Below, piece after piece: positions 30,805 to 40,347 of a stretch of DNA of 64,000 bases. Numbering within the stretch: the stretch's first letter is position 1; each line of letters starts with the position of its first letter. The position numbers and the translations under genes are program-made. The notes beneath the pieces were generated by a model, which saw nothing but the letters and a program-made list of their open reading frames with translations, was not told the DNA's origin and made no database searches. Source of the stretch: an uncultured Eubacteriales bacterium (GTDB taxonomy: Bacteria > Bacillota > Clostridia > Oscillospirales > CAG-272); assembly GCA_949747515.1 (NCBI GenBank), contig CATKFO010000051.1:4226-68225 (forward strand), given 5' to 3'.

Positions 30805-32994
30805 ATGAAGAGAAAGTTCTCAAGGGCAATGGTGTTGTTTTTATCAGCCGCTATGCTGGCAACACAGCTCATTGCGCCGATCTCTGCCGTCGGGGACGGC
30901 GGCGAGAGTAATGAAAATCACGTATGTGTAAAGGGTGAATTTGTAAGACATATTGATCCTACATGTACGGACTGGGGTTATGACGTCAGAAAATGCGAAA
31001 GCTGTGGCGAAGAGTTTGCTCCCAGAGATTCATATGTTAATCCGCTTGGCCATGACATGGCAAAACAAAACGCTAAGGCCCCTACCTGTACGGAAGAAGG
31101 CTGGAACGAGCATATGGCATGTACGAGATGCGATTATACGGAAGGAAAGGAAATAAAATCGGCGGCTGGTCACAAGTATATAGAGATCGGCAGAGTTGAA
31201 TCCGGTTGTTTAACCGGCAACGGTCATATCGATTACAAATGCTCCGTATGCGGACATGAAAAACAAGAAGAGCTCAAGCCCGCCGGACATGATTATTCCG
31301 CTCCCAAAACCGTTAAAGAAGCTACGTGCACTAATGCCAAAGTAGTAGAGTATACCTGTAAAAAATGCGGTTATAAAGTTACGGAGACTGTCGGCGAGCC
31401 TTTGGCGCATAAACCGGGCGACGCGGTAAAAGTAGGAAAAACCGTGGCCGCAACATGCGAAAAAGCCGCATACGACGTTTATGTTACAAAGTGTAAGGAT
31501 TGCGGAACTGAGTTAAAGACTGAGAACAGGGACGTAGCCGGCAGCAAGCCTTTAGGGCATAAAGAAGTCGTTTGCCCCGAGGTCAAACCGACTTGTTTAA
31601 CTCCCGGTCTTACAGGCGGTTCAAAATGCGAGAGATGCGATAAGGTATTTGAAGAGCAGAAAAAAGTATTTGACGCTCCGTACGATCCTTTGGCAGAGTC
31701 GCACAAGACTCCCGTAATCACAATAACTAAACAAGACGCGACCTGCACGGAAAAAGGACATACATACCAAATGGAGTGCGAAACTTGCGGCGAAGTATTG
31801 ATCCATTCTGAAGAGATCCCCGCATTGGGTCACGTTGAGGGCGAAGTAAAAGTCGTTGCTCCGAGCTGCGGAGCGGACGGTCATACGGATCATTATTGCT
31901 CGCGCTGCGAGAAGCTCTATCTGACTGATAATATAATTAAAGCTCCGGCGAAGGCCCACGAATTTGTCGCTACCGGAACAGTCGCTCCCACCTGCGAGAA
32001 CGACGGATATACGTTTAAGGAATGCAAGTGGTGCCACGCCCAAGAGGACAAGGAGATTCTCCCCGCTCTCGGACATAAGTCTGTAACTGACAAGGCGATT
32101 GCTCCTACCTGCACCAAGGACGGTCTTACCGAGGGCGCGCACTGCTCGGTTTGCAACAAGGTTCTTATAAAACAGGAGGTCGTAAAGGCCACGGGTCATC
32201 CCGAGGACAAAGTCACGATTCTTCCCGCAGTAAAGCCTACCGTAGATAAAACCGGACTTACCGAAGGCAGGCATTGCAACGTATGCGACACTACCTTTGT
32301 TAAGCAAGAAGTTATCGGAAAGACAGAGCAGCTCGCATTTACTTATGAGGCTAAAGGCGTTAACGGAAGCAAAGAAGCCGTAAATTCCGGATATATAACG
32401 TTTAACGTCTATATGAATGTAAAGACCGACGTCGCAAGACTTTGGGGCTCTGATATTGACATTCAATATAATAAGTCTTTAGAGCTTATCGACGTTACAT
32501 TTGGCGAAAATCTCTTCAATCAGAAAATGCATACGGAATTTGCCGTCGCAAACAAAGACGTTAAAGACGTTCCTTATCGCAGCGTCAAGATATCTCAGGA
32601 TATGGGACTCAACGGCGCCAAAGAGTTTAAAAAGGGCGAATACTTATTTGCAACTCTTACGTTTAAGGTCGCAAAAGATCTTACCGGCACTACCGCTTTG
32701 ACAATTAATCTCAATTCTTGCGATGTAGCGCATGACTTCGATACCCTTAAGAATTATATTGAAGTCGACTTTGGAGCCGGAGCTCAGATCGACGTCCGTA
32801 GACTCGGAGATGCAAACGGCAATGGCAAAATTGATTCTACCGACGCTATGCTGCTTTCACAGTGGCTTGCAACCGCAGACCTTGACGATTATAATCCAAT
32901 CTACGATATGGATAAGAACGGCGTGGTCGACGGCGACGATTTGGCGCTTATTCGCGGCGCGGTAGTCAGAAACGATGCTTATTTGGATATTTAA
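30805..32994 (+). CDS. secreted protein: ~11 Cys/His repeats, cohesin-like domain, C-terminal dockerin
   Basis: Signal peptide; H..(P/A)TC..G..CxxC repeats; ITFNVYM..GSDIDIQYNKSLELIDV..LFATLTFKV (cohesin-like); GDANGNGKIDSTD and DMDKNGVVDGDD (duplicated dockerin Ca loops). Confidence 0.8.
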   Translation: MKRKFSRAMVLFLSAAMLATQLIAPISAVGDGGESNENHVCVKGEFVRHIDPTCTDWGYDVRKCESCGEEFAPRDSYVNPLGHDMAKQNAKAPTCTEEGWNEHMACTRCDYTEGKEIKSAAGHKYIEIGRVESGCLTGNGHIDYKCSVCGHEKQEELKPAGHDYSAPKTVKEATCTNAKVVEYTCKKCGYKVTETVGEPLAHKPGDAVKVGKTVAATCEKAAYDVYVTKCKDCGTELKTENRDVAGSKPLGHKEVVCPEVKPTCLTPGLTGGSKCERCDKVFEEQKKVFDAPYDPLAESHKTPVITITKQDATCTEKGHTYQMECETCGEVLIHSEEIPALGHVEGEVKVVAPSCGADGHTDHYCSRCEKLYLTDNIIKAPAKAHEFVATGTVAPTCENDGYTFKECKWCHAQEDKEILPALGHKSVTDKAIAPTCTKDGLTEGAHCSVCNKVLIKQEVVKATGHPEDKVTILPAVKPTVDKTGLTEGRHCNVCDTTFVKQEVIGKTEQLAFTYEAKGVNGSKEAVNSGYITFNVYMNVKTDVARLWGSDIDIQYNKSLELIDVTFGENLFNQKMHTEFAVANKDVKDVPYRSVKISQDMGLNGAKEFKKGEYLFATLTFKVAKDLTGTTALTINLNSCDVAHDFDTLKNYIEVDFGAGAQIDVRRLGDANGNGKIDSTDAMLLSQWLATADLDDYNPIYDMDKNGVVDGDDLALIRGAVVRNDAYLDI

Positions 32995-33010
32995 AACGGA
33001 GGTATAAGAG

Positions 33011-34747
33011 ATGCAGCTTAAAAGAATCTCAGCGATCCTTTTGGTTGTTGCTCTGATCTTCTCAGTTACGTCGATATTCGTCGGAGCTGAAGCGGTTGAA
33101 GCCGTTGAATCCGTTGAAGTGGGAGTGGAGGCTGAAACCGCCGCTCCCGTTTCTTCATCACCGAAAATTTTCAATGGAAGCGATGAAGTTTCAGTAAAGA
33201 TCAGAGTAAACCAAAATACAGGAGTTACTTTTTTAAGGTTTGTAATTTATTTTAATTCTGAAGCTTTGGAATATGTCGATTACAAATCTGATAATTTATT
33301 CAATTCCCAGACTGAGTCTATTCAAGTCAGAAACGGATATCTTATTTACTTTTTGAATCTTGATAGCGACGTTTCCGAGGCGAAGGGCGATTTGATGTCT
33401 ATAAACTTCAAAGCAAAACCCGGCTATTGCGGAGATGTTGAAATCTATACCGAACTCGCAAATAAGAGCGATGCAAACTGCGCGAAATATCACTCGTCGG
33501 CGAAAAACACTTATGTCCCTTTCACCGCCGGCAAGGATTCCTTTGAGGTTCATTCTGTCGACGTGTCCAAAGGCGTTGTAACGGCTCCTACGTGTACGGA
33601 GAACGGATTTACAACATATGAGTGTTCAAACTGCAAGGAAAAGCTAATCGGAAATACAGTCGATAAGCTCGGTCATGTTAACGCCAAACCAGTAGAAGAA
33701 AATCGTATTAATTCTACTTGCGCTGAAAAGGGCTCGTATGACAGCGTTGTCTACTGTGAAAGATGCAATACGGAGCTTTCAAGAAATAGCGTTTCTATTG
33801 ACGCATTGGGTCACACAGAAGTAGTAGACGCGGCTAAGGCTCCTACCTGCACGGAAACCGGACTTACCGAAGGCAAACACTGCTCTGTTTGTAACGAAGT
33901 CACTGTAAAGCAGGAAATTGTAGAAGCTACAGGTCACACAGAAGTAATAGACGCGGCTAAAGCTCCTACCTGCACGGAAACCGGACTTACTGAAGGCAAG
34001 CGCTGTTCTGTTTGCAACGAAGTGATCAAAGCGCAGGAAACGGTTCCCGCTCTCGGACACGCCCTAGGCGAGTGGGTCGTGGTAGCGCCTACATGCAAGG
34101 CTGCCGGAAGCCGTTATCGCACATGCGCGGTATGCAATGAGAAATGCGACGTTAAAGAGCTTTCTAAGCTTGATGATTCGTCTAAACGGTATTCCGACGT
34201 TTTCAGCGACGCCTGGTATAAGAACGCCGTAGACTATGTATCGACAAAGGGTCTTATGAACGGTATGAGCGCGGATACATTTATGCCGGATACCACAATG
34301 ACTAGGGCTATGCTTGTAACGGTCCTTTACAGAATGGAAGGAACGCCGAAAGTCGAAGGCGGAAATCCGTTTGACGACGTAAAGGGAGGCGAATGGTATA
34401 GCGGCGCCATCACATGGGCTGCCGCAAACGGCATTGTCAACGGAACAAGCGCTAACTCGTTTGCGCCGATGGATGAGATCACGCGCGAGCAGATGGCTGC
34501 GATCCTATACAGATATGCCGGAGAATATAAGAAGTATGACGTATCGGCGAGAGCAGATTTAACGTCGTTCCCGGATTACAAGGAAGTAAGCGACTATGCT
34601 AAGGACGCTTTTGCATGGGCAAGTTCCGAAGGACTCGTCAACGGAAGCGACGTCGGAGGGAAAGTTATACTTGACGCCAGAGGCAACGCAACGCGCGCTC
34701 AGGTTGCGACGATCCTTATGAGATTTGACCTGAAGTTTTTTAAGTAA
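33011..34747 (+). CDS. cell-surface protein: cohesin-like domain, 5 Cys/His repeats, 3 SLH domains
   Basis: Signal peptide; VSVKIRVNQNTGVTFLRFVIYFNSEALEYV..GDLMSINFKAK (cohesin-like); YSDV..WY..TRAM, FDDV..WY..TREQ and FPD..TRAQ SLH motifs. Confidence 0.85.
   Translation: MQLKRISAILLVVALIFSVTSIFVGAEAVEAVESVEVGVEAETAAPVSSSPKIFNGSDEVSVKIRVNQNTGVTFLRFVIYFNSEALEYVDYKSDNLFNSQTESIQVRNGYLIYFLNLDSDVSEAKGDLMSINFKAKPGYCGDVEIYTELANKSDANCAKYHSSAKNTYVPFTAGKDSFEVHSVDVSKGVVTAPTCTENGFTTYECSNCKEKLIGNTVDKLGHVNAKPVEENRINSTCAEKGSYDSVVYCERCNTELSRNSVSIDALGHTEVVDAAKAPTCTETGLTEGKHCSVCNEVTVKQEIVEATGHTEVIDAAKAPTCTETGLTEGKRCSVCNEVIKAQETVPALGHALGEWVVVAPTCKAAGSRYRTCAVCNEKCDVKELSKLDDSSKRYSDVFSDAWYKNAVDYVSTKGLMNGMSADTFMPDTTMTRAMLVTVLYRMEGTPKVEGGNPFDDVKGGEWYSGAITWAAANGIVNGTSANSFAPMDEITREQMAAILYRYAGEYKKYDVSARADLTSFPDYKEVSDYAKDAFAWASSEGLVNGSDVGGKVILDARGNATRAQVATILMRFDLKFFK
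33809..34054 (+). repeat. intragenic tandem duplication, 123-bp period (41-aa Cys/His repeat)
   Basis: GGTCACACAGAAGTAGTAGACGCGGCTAAGGCTCCTACCTGCACGGAAACCGGACTTAC at 33809 and a near-identical copy at 33932. Confidence 0.85.
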
Positions 34748-34752
34748 ATATA

Positions 34753-34802
34753 ATTATGGGCCGTATCAGTTTAGCGCTTTGATACGGCCCATAATAATTT
34801 TT
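34753..34802 (+). terminator. terminator of the surface-protein operon
   Basis: ATTATGGGCCGTATCA...TGATACGGCCCATAAT plus T run. Confidence 0.8.
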
Positions 34803-35245
34803 AGGAGAGTAAGCAGATTCCCATTGTAGAAGTATTGAATTTGCGCGATAGTAACGGTACGAAATTTATCGAAATTTTCATGAATCCATAGAACGCAATA
34901 AGAGATAAGCGATAACAAAAGGCTTTCCGTAATTTTAGACGGTTTATTTTGCGGTTGTTTTTACAGAAAAAGCGTCGTCATTTTTCAAAGCGACATTTCC
35001 TAATAATCTGGGGCATGCTTTGTCATAATGGCGTAAGGCGTCATACTGCGCAAATTTTTGAAGATTTGGCATTAATAATCATGAGTATATTAATCGAAAG
35101 AGCAGACGGGACGAAGCGGAAGAAAAAGATATCTTTGACGTCAAACGTATTTTCCCTCCGAGCCGTCATTTAATATATAACTTACGAATAATAATATTAT
35201 TTATTTTAAAATGAAAAACGACGGCCTAAACCGTCGTTTATTAAG

Positions 35246-35334
35246 CGGAAAGGGAGGGATTCGAACCCTCGGTTGGGTATTAGCCAACACACGATTTCCA
35301 GTCGTGCGCCTTAGACCAGCTCAGCCACCTTTCC
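35246..35334 (-). tRNA. tRNA-Ser(GGA)
   Basis: GGAAAGGTGGCTGAGCTGGTCTAAGGCG-CACGA-CTGGAAA-TCGTG, long variable arm, GGTTCGAATCCC. Confidence 0.95.
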
Positions 35335-35602
35335 ACATACGCTTATTCTCTCTTCGCTTCGTGCGTATGCTCTCGAAGAGCCGTATATCAGTATACCACA
35401 TGTATAATAAAAATGCAAGGGCTTTTTTCTCGTTTTAATTATTTTCTTTTTATTTTTCGTTCTTTTTTTCTATTAGGCCTGCAATTTGTATAATTTGATT
35501 GCAAAAAGAATCTGTTTGAGGTATAATGAAAAATACGGTTCCGAATCGGGCCGACCACTGATTATATAAAATGGCAAAATACGTTTTTCATACGGAGATC
35601 CA

Positions 35603-36433
35603 ATGAAAAAACATTTTAGATCAAAATTTTTCTATATTATTTCCGCCCTTACCTTAGCGGCCGTTATTTTTCCCACGGTTCTTATTTCCATGGGGCATAC
35701 GGACATATTTCGTTCCGCTGTGAACACATTATTCACTCCTCTTAAAAAGCTGTCTCTGCACGCCGTCGACGCGATCGACGGATACGCTTCTTATTTTACC
35801 GAGTTTGATAAGCTTGAAGAGGAAAACGATCGCTTAAAAGAGGAGCTTACAGCTTTGCGCGAAGAAGTTCACCGATCGAAGCAGCTTGAAGAAAAATATG
35901 AATGGCTCAGCGAATATCTTGAACTAAAGATGCAGAATCCTCAGTACAAAATGAAAAACGCTATGGTTTGCGGCAGAGAGAGCGGCAACTACGGATCCGT
36001 ATTCATGCTTGACGTAGGCTCTTCCTCAGGCGTGGCCGCGGGAATGCCGGTAGTTACCGGAGACGGAGTTCTCGGGTATATTTCGGAGACCGGAGTCAAC
36101 TGGGCTAAAGCGGTTTCGCTCACGGAATCTTCTTCGTCCATCGGAGCCTACGACGAACGCTCCGGCGCTCTCGGTATACTTAAAGGAGATTATAAACTAT
36201 CGGCGGAAGGAAAATGTCTGCTGACGTATATTGAAGAAGGCTCAGACATTAAAGAAGGAGACCGCATACTTACCGGGGGGTACGGCAGTATATATCCGCG
36301 CGGCCTAATAATAGGATACGTAACGGAAATTAAAACCGACCCGTACAGTCGCAGTATAACCGCCGTAGTAAGCTCTTCCGCGGAAAGTCGAAGAATTTCT
36401 CAGGTGATGGTGATAACGGATTATGAGAGCTGA
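35603..36433 (+). CDS. mreC: rod shape-determining protein MreC
   Basis: N-terminal TM, coiled coil (LEEENDRLKEEL), LDVGSSSGV..GMPVV..GVLG, TGGYGSIYPRGLIIG. Confidence 0.92.
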   Translation: MKKHFRSKFFYIISALTLAAVIFPTVLISMGHTDIFRSAVNTLFTPLKKLSLHAVDAIDGYASYFTEFDKLEEENDRLKEELTALREEVHRSKQLEEKYEWLSEYLELKMQNPQYKMKNAMVCGRESGNYGSVFMLDVGSSSGVAAGMPVVTGDGVLGYISETGVNWAKAVSLTESSSSIGAYDERSGALGILKGDYKLSAEGKCLLTYIEEGSDIKEGDRILTGGYGSIYPRGLIIGYVTEIKTDPYSRSITAVVSSSAESRRISQVMVITDYES

Positions 36434-37100
36434 CGGAAACAACCTAAAAAGGCGCGAATCGTTAAACGGTAAAAGAAAAAGAAAATTCGGAACGGAGGCC
36501 GGCGACGCCGACAACGAGCAGAAGGTCACGTTTTTTAACAAGTTCAATATGTGGCGTCTTCGCTTTTCAGTCGACGGAGAAATCGTGCTGAAGGCCATAG
36601 TAATAGTCCTTATGCTCGTTTTTTTCGTTCTGCTTCAAACGACTATGTTTACCCGGTTCCGTCCTTTCGGCTCAGTGCCGGATCTGATGCTTCCGTTTAC
36701 CGTCGCCGTAGGAGTATTGGAACGGGAAAAGGCGGGAGCGGTAACAGGACTGATATCAGCCTTTGTCATCGAAGCGGTCGGCGGCGCTACGATAACTCTG
36801 CTTCCTCTTTTATATATGCCCGCAGGATATATATGCGGTTTGCTCACTACGTATCGTTTCAGGGATTCTTTTCCGGTGATGCTTACATATACGGGAATAT
36901 CGTCGATTTTAAGAAGCGTTATTACGGTGATAGTCGCCTTACGAACAATATTCGGCATTACGTTCGTCGAGGCGATAACGGATATCGCGTTTCCCGAGCT
37001 TATTGTAAACGTTATATTCGCCGCGATTCCTCACGTTTTAGTTCGCCTCGTTATGCGCCCGTTTCATAAGACGCGGGCGGAACGCACGGGAAGCGAATGA
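36423..37100 (+). CDS. mreD: rod shape-determining protein MreD
   Basis: Polytopic membrane protein overlapping mreC; LLQTT...VPDLML. Confidence 0.75.
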   Translation: MRADGNNLKRRESLNGKRKRKFGTEAGDADNEQKVTFFNKFNMWRLRFSVDGEIVLKAIVIVLMLVFFVLLQTTMFTRFRPFGSVPDLMLPFTVAVGVLEREKAGAVTGLISAFVIEAVGGATITLLPLLYMPAGYICGLLTTYRFRDSFPVMLTYTGISSILRSVITVIVALRTIFGITFVEAITDIAFPELIVNVIFAAIPHVLVRLVMRPFHKTRAERTGSE

Positions 37101-37146
37101 AAAATTATTATAAAGAGCCGAGGAAAACAAGTAAAGGATTTAACAA

Positions 37147-38787
37147 ATGAAATTACGTCTTCCCGATCAGATAAAAATATTTTCAAGCTCCGTAGGTTTT
37201 CCAGCCGAAGGCTTAACTTTTTCCGGAGGAGGTTGCTCCGCCCGGCGCGACGACGTATTCGTTTCTATGTCTATTGATAAAGACGACGAAAAATCTGGAA
37301 AAGAAAGTCTTGCTCTTATCCTTACGGCGGTCGAAAGTCCCGTTAAATATTTACGTTTGAGGTGGAATTTTTCCTCCGACGAAAAAAGAGAGAACGTTCG
37401 CATATGCGGAGACGCGTGGGAGAGGGCCTACGGCGATCTTGAGTGGCGCGGCGCGGTTCCCGAGAGAATAGCTCCTTGGTATATGCTTGTCGCAGACGGA
37501 AAAAATTCATCGAACGGCATCGGCCGCTGCGATGCTTACGGCGTGAAAACTCAGCCTTCCGCGCTTGCGTCTTGGCAGTACGATCCGTGCGGAGTAACCT
37601 TGTGGTGCGACGTCAGATGCGGAGGAGAAGGCGTGATACTCGGAGGCAGACGTCTCCGAGTATGCGATATTATAATGGAAGAATACGACGGTATTACATC
37701 GTTTGAAGCCGGTCGGCTATTCTGCGGCCGCATGTGCTCGCGTCCGTTACGACCGCCGTCAAAAATATACGGATCGAACAACTGGTATTACGCGGTGGGG
37801 AAAAGCTCTCATGAAGAGATACTGCGAGACGCGGAGTTGATATCGTCGCTCGCGGAAGGGCTTGAAAACAGGCCGTATATGGTTATCGACGACGGGTGGC
37901 AGAAAAATCCCTGCGACGGACCGTGGGATCAAGGAGGCGAAAAGTTTCCCGATATGGCTCGTCTCGCACGGGAAATAGAAGATCTCGGCGCTCTGCCCGG
38001 AATATGGGTGAGACTGCTCGCGGATAAGGCCGGAGAAGCAGCCGTCGGAGCGGACGCGCATCTTTCGCCGCGTCCCGATACTCTCGATCCTTCAACGGAT
38101 GAAGTAATCGATTATGTAAAAGAAACGATAAGCCGTTTTGTTCAATGGGGATATAAGCTTATAAAACATGATTTTACCGCGTTCGATATGCTTGGACGGT
38201 ACGGAAACGAAATGGGAAAAGGCGTTACCGCCGGAGGATGGTCGTTTGCAGACAGGAGCCGCACTACGGCGGAGATAACCGTTTCGTTATACCGCGCGAT
38301 ACTCGAAGCCGCCGGAAACGCCGTGATTATAGGATGCAATACGCTCTCGCACCTATCCGCCGGACTCGTACACCTTATGCGCGTAGGCTACGACACCAGC
38401 GGACGGTACTGGGAGCGGACGCGCGGATGCGGGGTAAACGCTTTGGCGTTTCGTATGATTCAGCATAAAACGTTTTACGATATAGACGCGGACTGTTTCA
38501 GCATAACGGGCATACTGCCGCGCAGCTTAAACGGAGAATGGCTTCGCCTGCTGGCCGACAGCGGAACGCCTCTGTTCGTGTCCGTAGATCCCGATAAGGT
38601 TACCGAGGAAGAAAAGAACGATCTGAGAGCCGCGCTCAAAAAAGGATCGATGCAAACAGAGGAGCTTATTCCTCTGGACTGGATGGATAATACGGCTCCC
38701 GAGAGATATCTGTCGGACGGCAAAGAAAAGAGATATCTTTGGTATCCGGAGACGGGAACGTTCTCCTCTATTCCTCCAGAGGAATAG
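37147..38787 (+). CDS. GH36/GH27-clan alpha-galactosidase-like protein
   Basis: GDAWERAYGDLEW, YGSNNWYY, VIDDGWQ, KFPDM, LIKHDF, DADC. Confidence 0.8.
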   Translation: MKLRLPDQIKIFSSSVGFPAEGLTFSGGGCSARRDDVFVSMSIDKDDEKSGKESLALILTAVESPVKYLRLRWNFSSDEKRENVRICGDAWERAYGDLEWRGAVPERIAPWYMLVADGKNSSNGIGRCDAYGVKTQPSALASWQYDPCGVTLWCDVRCGGEGVILGGRRLRVCDIIMEEYDGITSFEAGRLFCGRMCSRPLRPPSKIYGSNNWYYAVGKSSHEEILRDAELISSLAEGLENRPYMVIDDGWQKNPCDGPWDQGGEKFPDMARLAREIEDLGALPGIWVRLLADKAGEAAVGADAHLSPRPDTLDPSTDEVIDYVKETISRFVQWGYKLIKHDFTAFDMLGRYGNEMGKGVTAGGWSFADRSRTTAEITVSLYRAILEAAGNAVIIGCNTLSHLSAGLVHLMRVGYDTSGRYWERTRGCGVNALAFRMIQHKTFYDIDADCFSITGILPRSLNGEWLRLLADSGTPLFVSVDPDKVTEEEKNDLRAALKKGSMQTEELIPLDWMDNTAPERYLSDGKEKRYLWYPETGTFSSIPPEE

Positions 38788-38812
38788 AGTTTGTTCCTCC
38801 AGAGGAATAGAG
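38766..38812. repeat. 19-bp direct repeat containing a palindrome
   Basis: TTCCTCCAGAGGAATAGAG at 38771 and 38794; the first copy is part of CTCTATTCCTC-CA-GAGGAATAGAG. Confidence 0.8.
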
Positions 38813-38882
38813 GTAAGTCAAAAAATTATGAGACGGCCTAAACGGCGGCTTATTTGAAAACAGCGCGTGAAAGAGAGAACAC

Positions 38883-39533
38883 ATGAAAAAAGCCTTTATA
38901 TTTGATATGGACGGAACGCTTATCGACTCTATGCCGATGCTTGAGAGATTGGATCGCATAATTTTTTCGGAGCTTTCAATTCCGTTTACAAAAGAAGCGG
39001 CGGACGTCGTACGATACATACCGTTCAGCGAAACCGCCAAATACATCGTCGGCAGCTTTAACGTCGGCCGAACCGTTGAGGAAGTGGAAAAAATGCTGAT
39101 AGATACGGTGAAGTCCGGGTACGAGACAGTGCCGGTAAAAGACGGAGTTGTTCCGTTTCTTAAAGAGGCAAAAAAGCGCGGAATTAAAATGTGCATTGCG
39201 ACGGCTACAAAAACATCCATATCTTCTCCAGTGGCGGAACGTCTCGGATTGTTTGAATACATGGACTTTCTCGTATCTTGCGTTGAAGTAGGATCAGCTA
39301 AGGACAAACCGGACGTGTTTCTTGAGGCCGCGCGCCGCCTCGGGGTCGAGCCTTCTGAAGCGGTAGTATTTGAAGACGGACTCCCAGGAGCCCGCAGCGC
39401 GGCTTCGGCCGGATTTACCGTAGTTGGAGTAAGCGATTCTACCGTTCCGAAATCCGACGCGGAGCAGATTCGATCCGTTTCCGATATATACGTAAGCCGA
39501 CTGGACGAAGACGCGCGCGGCTTGTTTGAATGA
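38883..39533 (+). CDS. HAD family phosphatase
   Basis: FDMDGTLIDS, KPD, VFED. Confidence 0.92.
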   Translation: MKKAFIFDMDGTLIDSMPMLERLDRIIFSELSIPFTKEAADVVRYIPFSETAKYIVGSFNVGRTVEEVEKMLIDTVKSGYETVPVKDGVVPFLKEAKKRGIKMCIATATKTSISSPVAERLGLFEYMDFLVSCVEVGSAKDKPDVFLEAARRLGVEPSEAVVFEDGLPGARSAASAGFTVVGVSDSTVPKSDAEQIRSVSDIYVSRLDEDARGLFE

Positions 39534-39597
39534 CGGATAGCCGAACGAACGGGAGTAAACTCTATATTATAAATATTTATCGAAGGAGTAAACGATA

Positions 39598-40347
39598 ATG
39601 AACGTTCCCGAGAGATTTGAAAGAGAAGCGCGCTTGATCGGGGAAGAAGGCGTTCGTTTGCTCGCTTCCTCCAGCGCGATAGTGTTCGGAGCCGGAGGAG
39701 TAGGCGGAGCGGCGATAGAGGCTCTTGCGCGCGCCGGTCTTGGAGAAATAGCGGTAGTCGATCCCGACGTCGTATCGGAGAGCAACCTGAACAGACAGCT
39801 GCTCGCCACTGAAGAAACCATCGGCAAGTCAAAATGCGAGGCGGCCGCGGCGCGGGTAAGGCTGATCAATCCAGCCTGTCGTGTTAAAGAATTCCGCCAT
39901 TTTTATGGACCCGAAGACACCGGTTTCATACGGCTCGAAGACTATGATTTTATAATCGACGCTATAGACACGGTATCGTCGAAGCTGTTCCTCATTTCCG
40001 AGGCGAAAAAGGCGGGAATTCCTATGATCTCCTCTATGGGAACGGGAAACAAGCTCGATCCGTCAAGACTCAGAGCAACCGATATTTCAAAGACGAACAC
40101 ATGCCCTCTCGCCGCCGTAATTCGCAGAGAATGCAGAAAACGGAATCTCGGCAAGCTGAGAGCAATATGGTCGGACGAAACGCCGATAAAAGCGGTTGCG
40201 GAGGCGAGAAACGGACGTCATTCGCCGGGCAGCATATCGTTCGTACCGCCGGTAGCCGGGATGATCGCCGCAGGCGAGGCGGTAACGACCATACTAAAAA
40301 TGGGGAGACGGCAAAATGAAAAATCGGAGATAACGCCGAATGAATGA
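39598..40347 (+). CDS. tcdA: tRNA threonylcarbamoyladenosine dehydratase (ThiF family)
   Basis: GAGGVG, SNLNRQ, DAID, SMGTGNKLDP, CPLA, GSISFVP. Confidence 0.88.
   Translation: MNVPERFEREARLIGEEGVRLLASSSAIVFGAGGVGGAAIEALARAGLGEIAVVDPDVVSESNLNRQLLATEETIGKSKCEAAAARVRLINPACRVKEFRHFYGPEDTGFIRLEDYDFIIDAIDTVSSKLFLISEAKKAGIPMISSMGTGNKLDPSRLRATDISKTNTCPLAAVIRRECRKRNLGKLRAIWSDETPIKAVAEARNGRHSPGSISFVPPVAGMIAAGEAVTTILKMGRRQNEKSEITPNE

Noticed and set aside
30805-34747. Multiheme cytochrome interpretation of the CxxC/H-rich proteins
   Set aside because: Only one true CxxCH (CKWCH); the other His residues lie far from the CxxC pairs, and no cytochrome c maturation genes are in the window
38771-38812. 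Mini CRISPR array
   Set aside because: Only two 19-bp copies with a 4-bp spacer and no cas genes
38768-39832. 354-aa minus-strand ORF (also 24705-25445, 31621-32466, 3799-4428)
   Set aside because: Antisense shadows of well-supported genes with no motifs of their own
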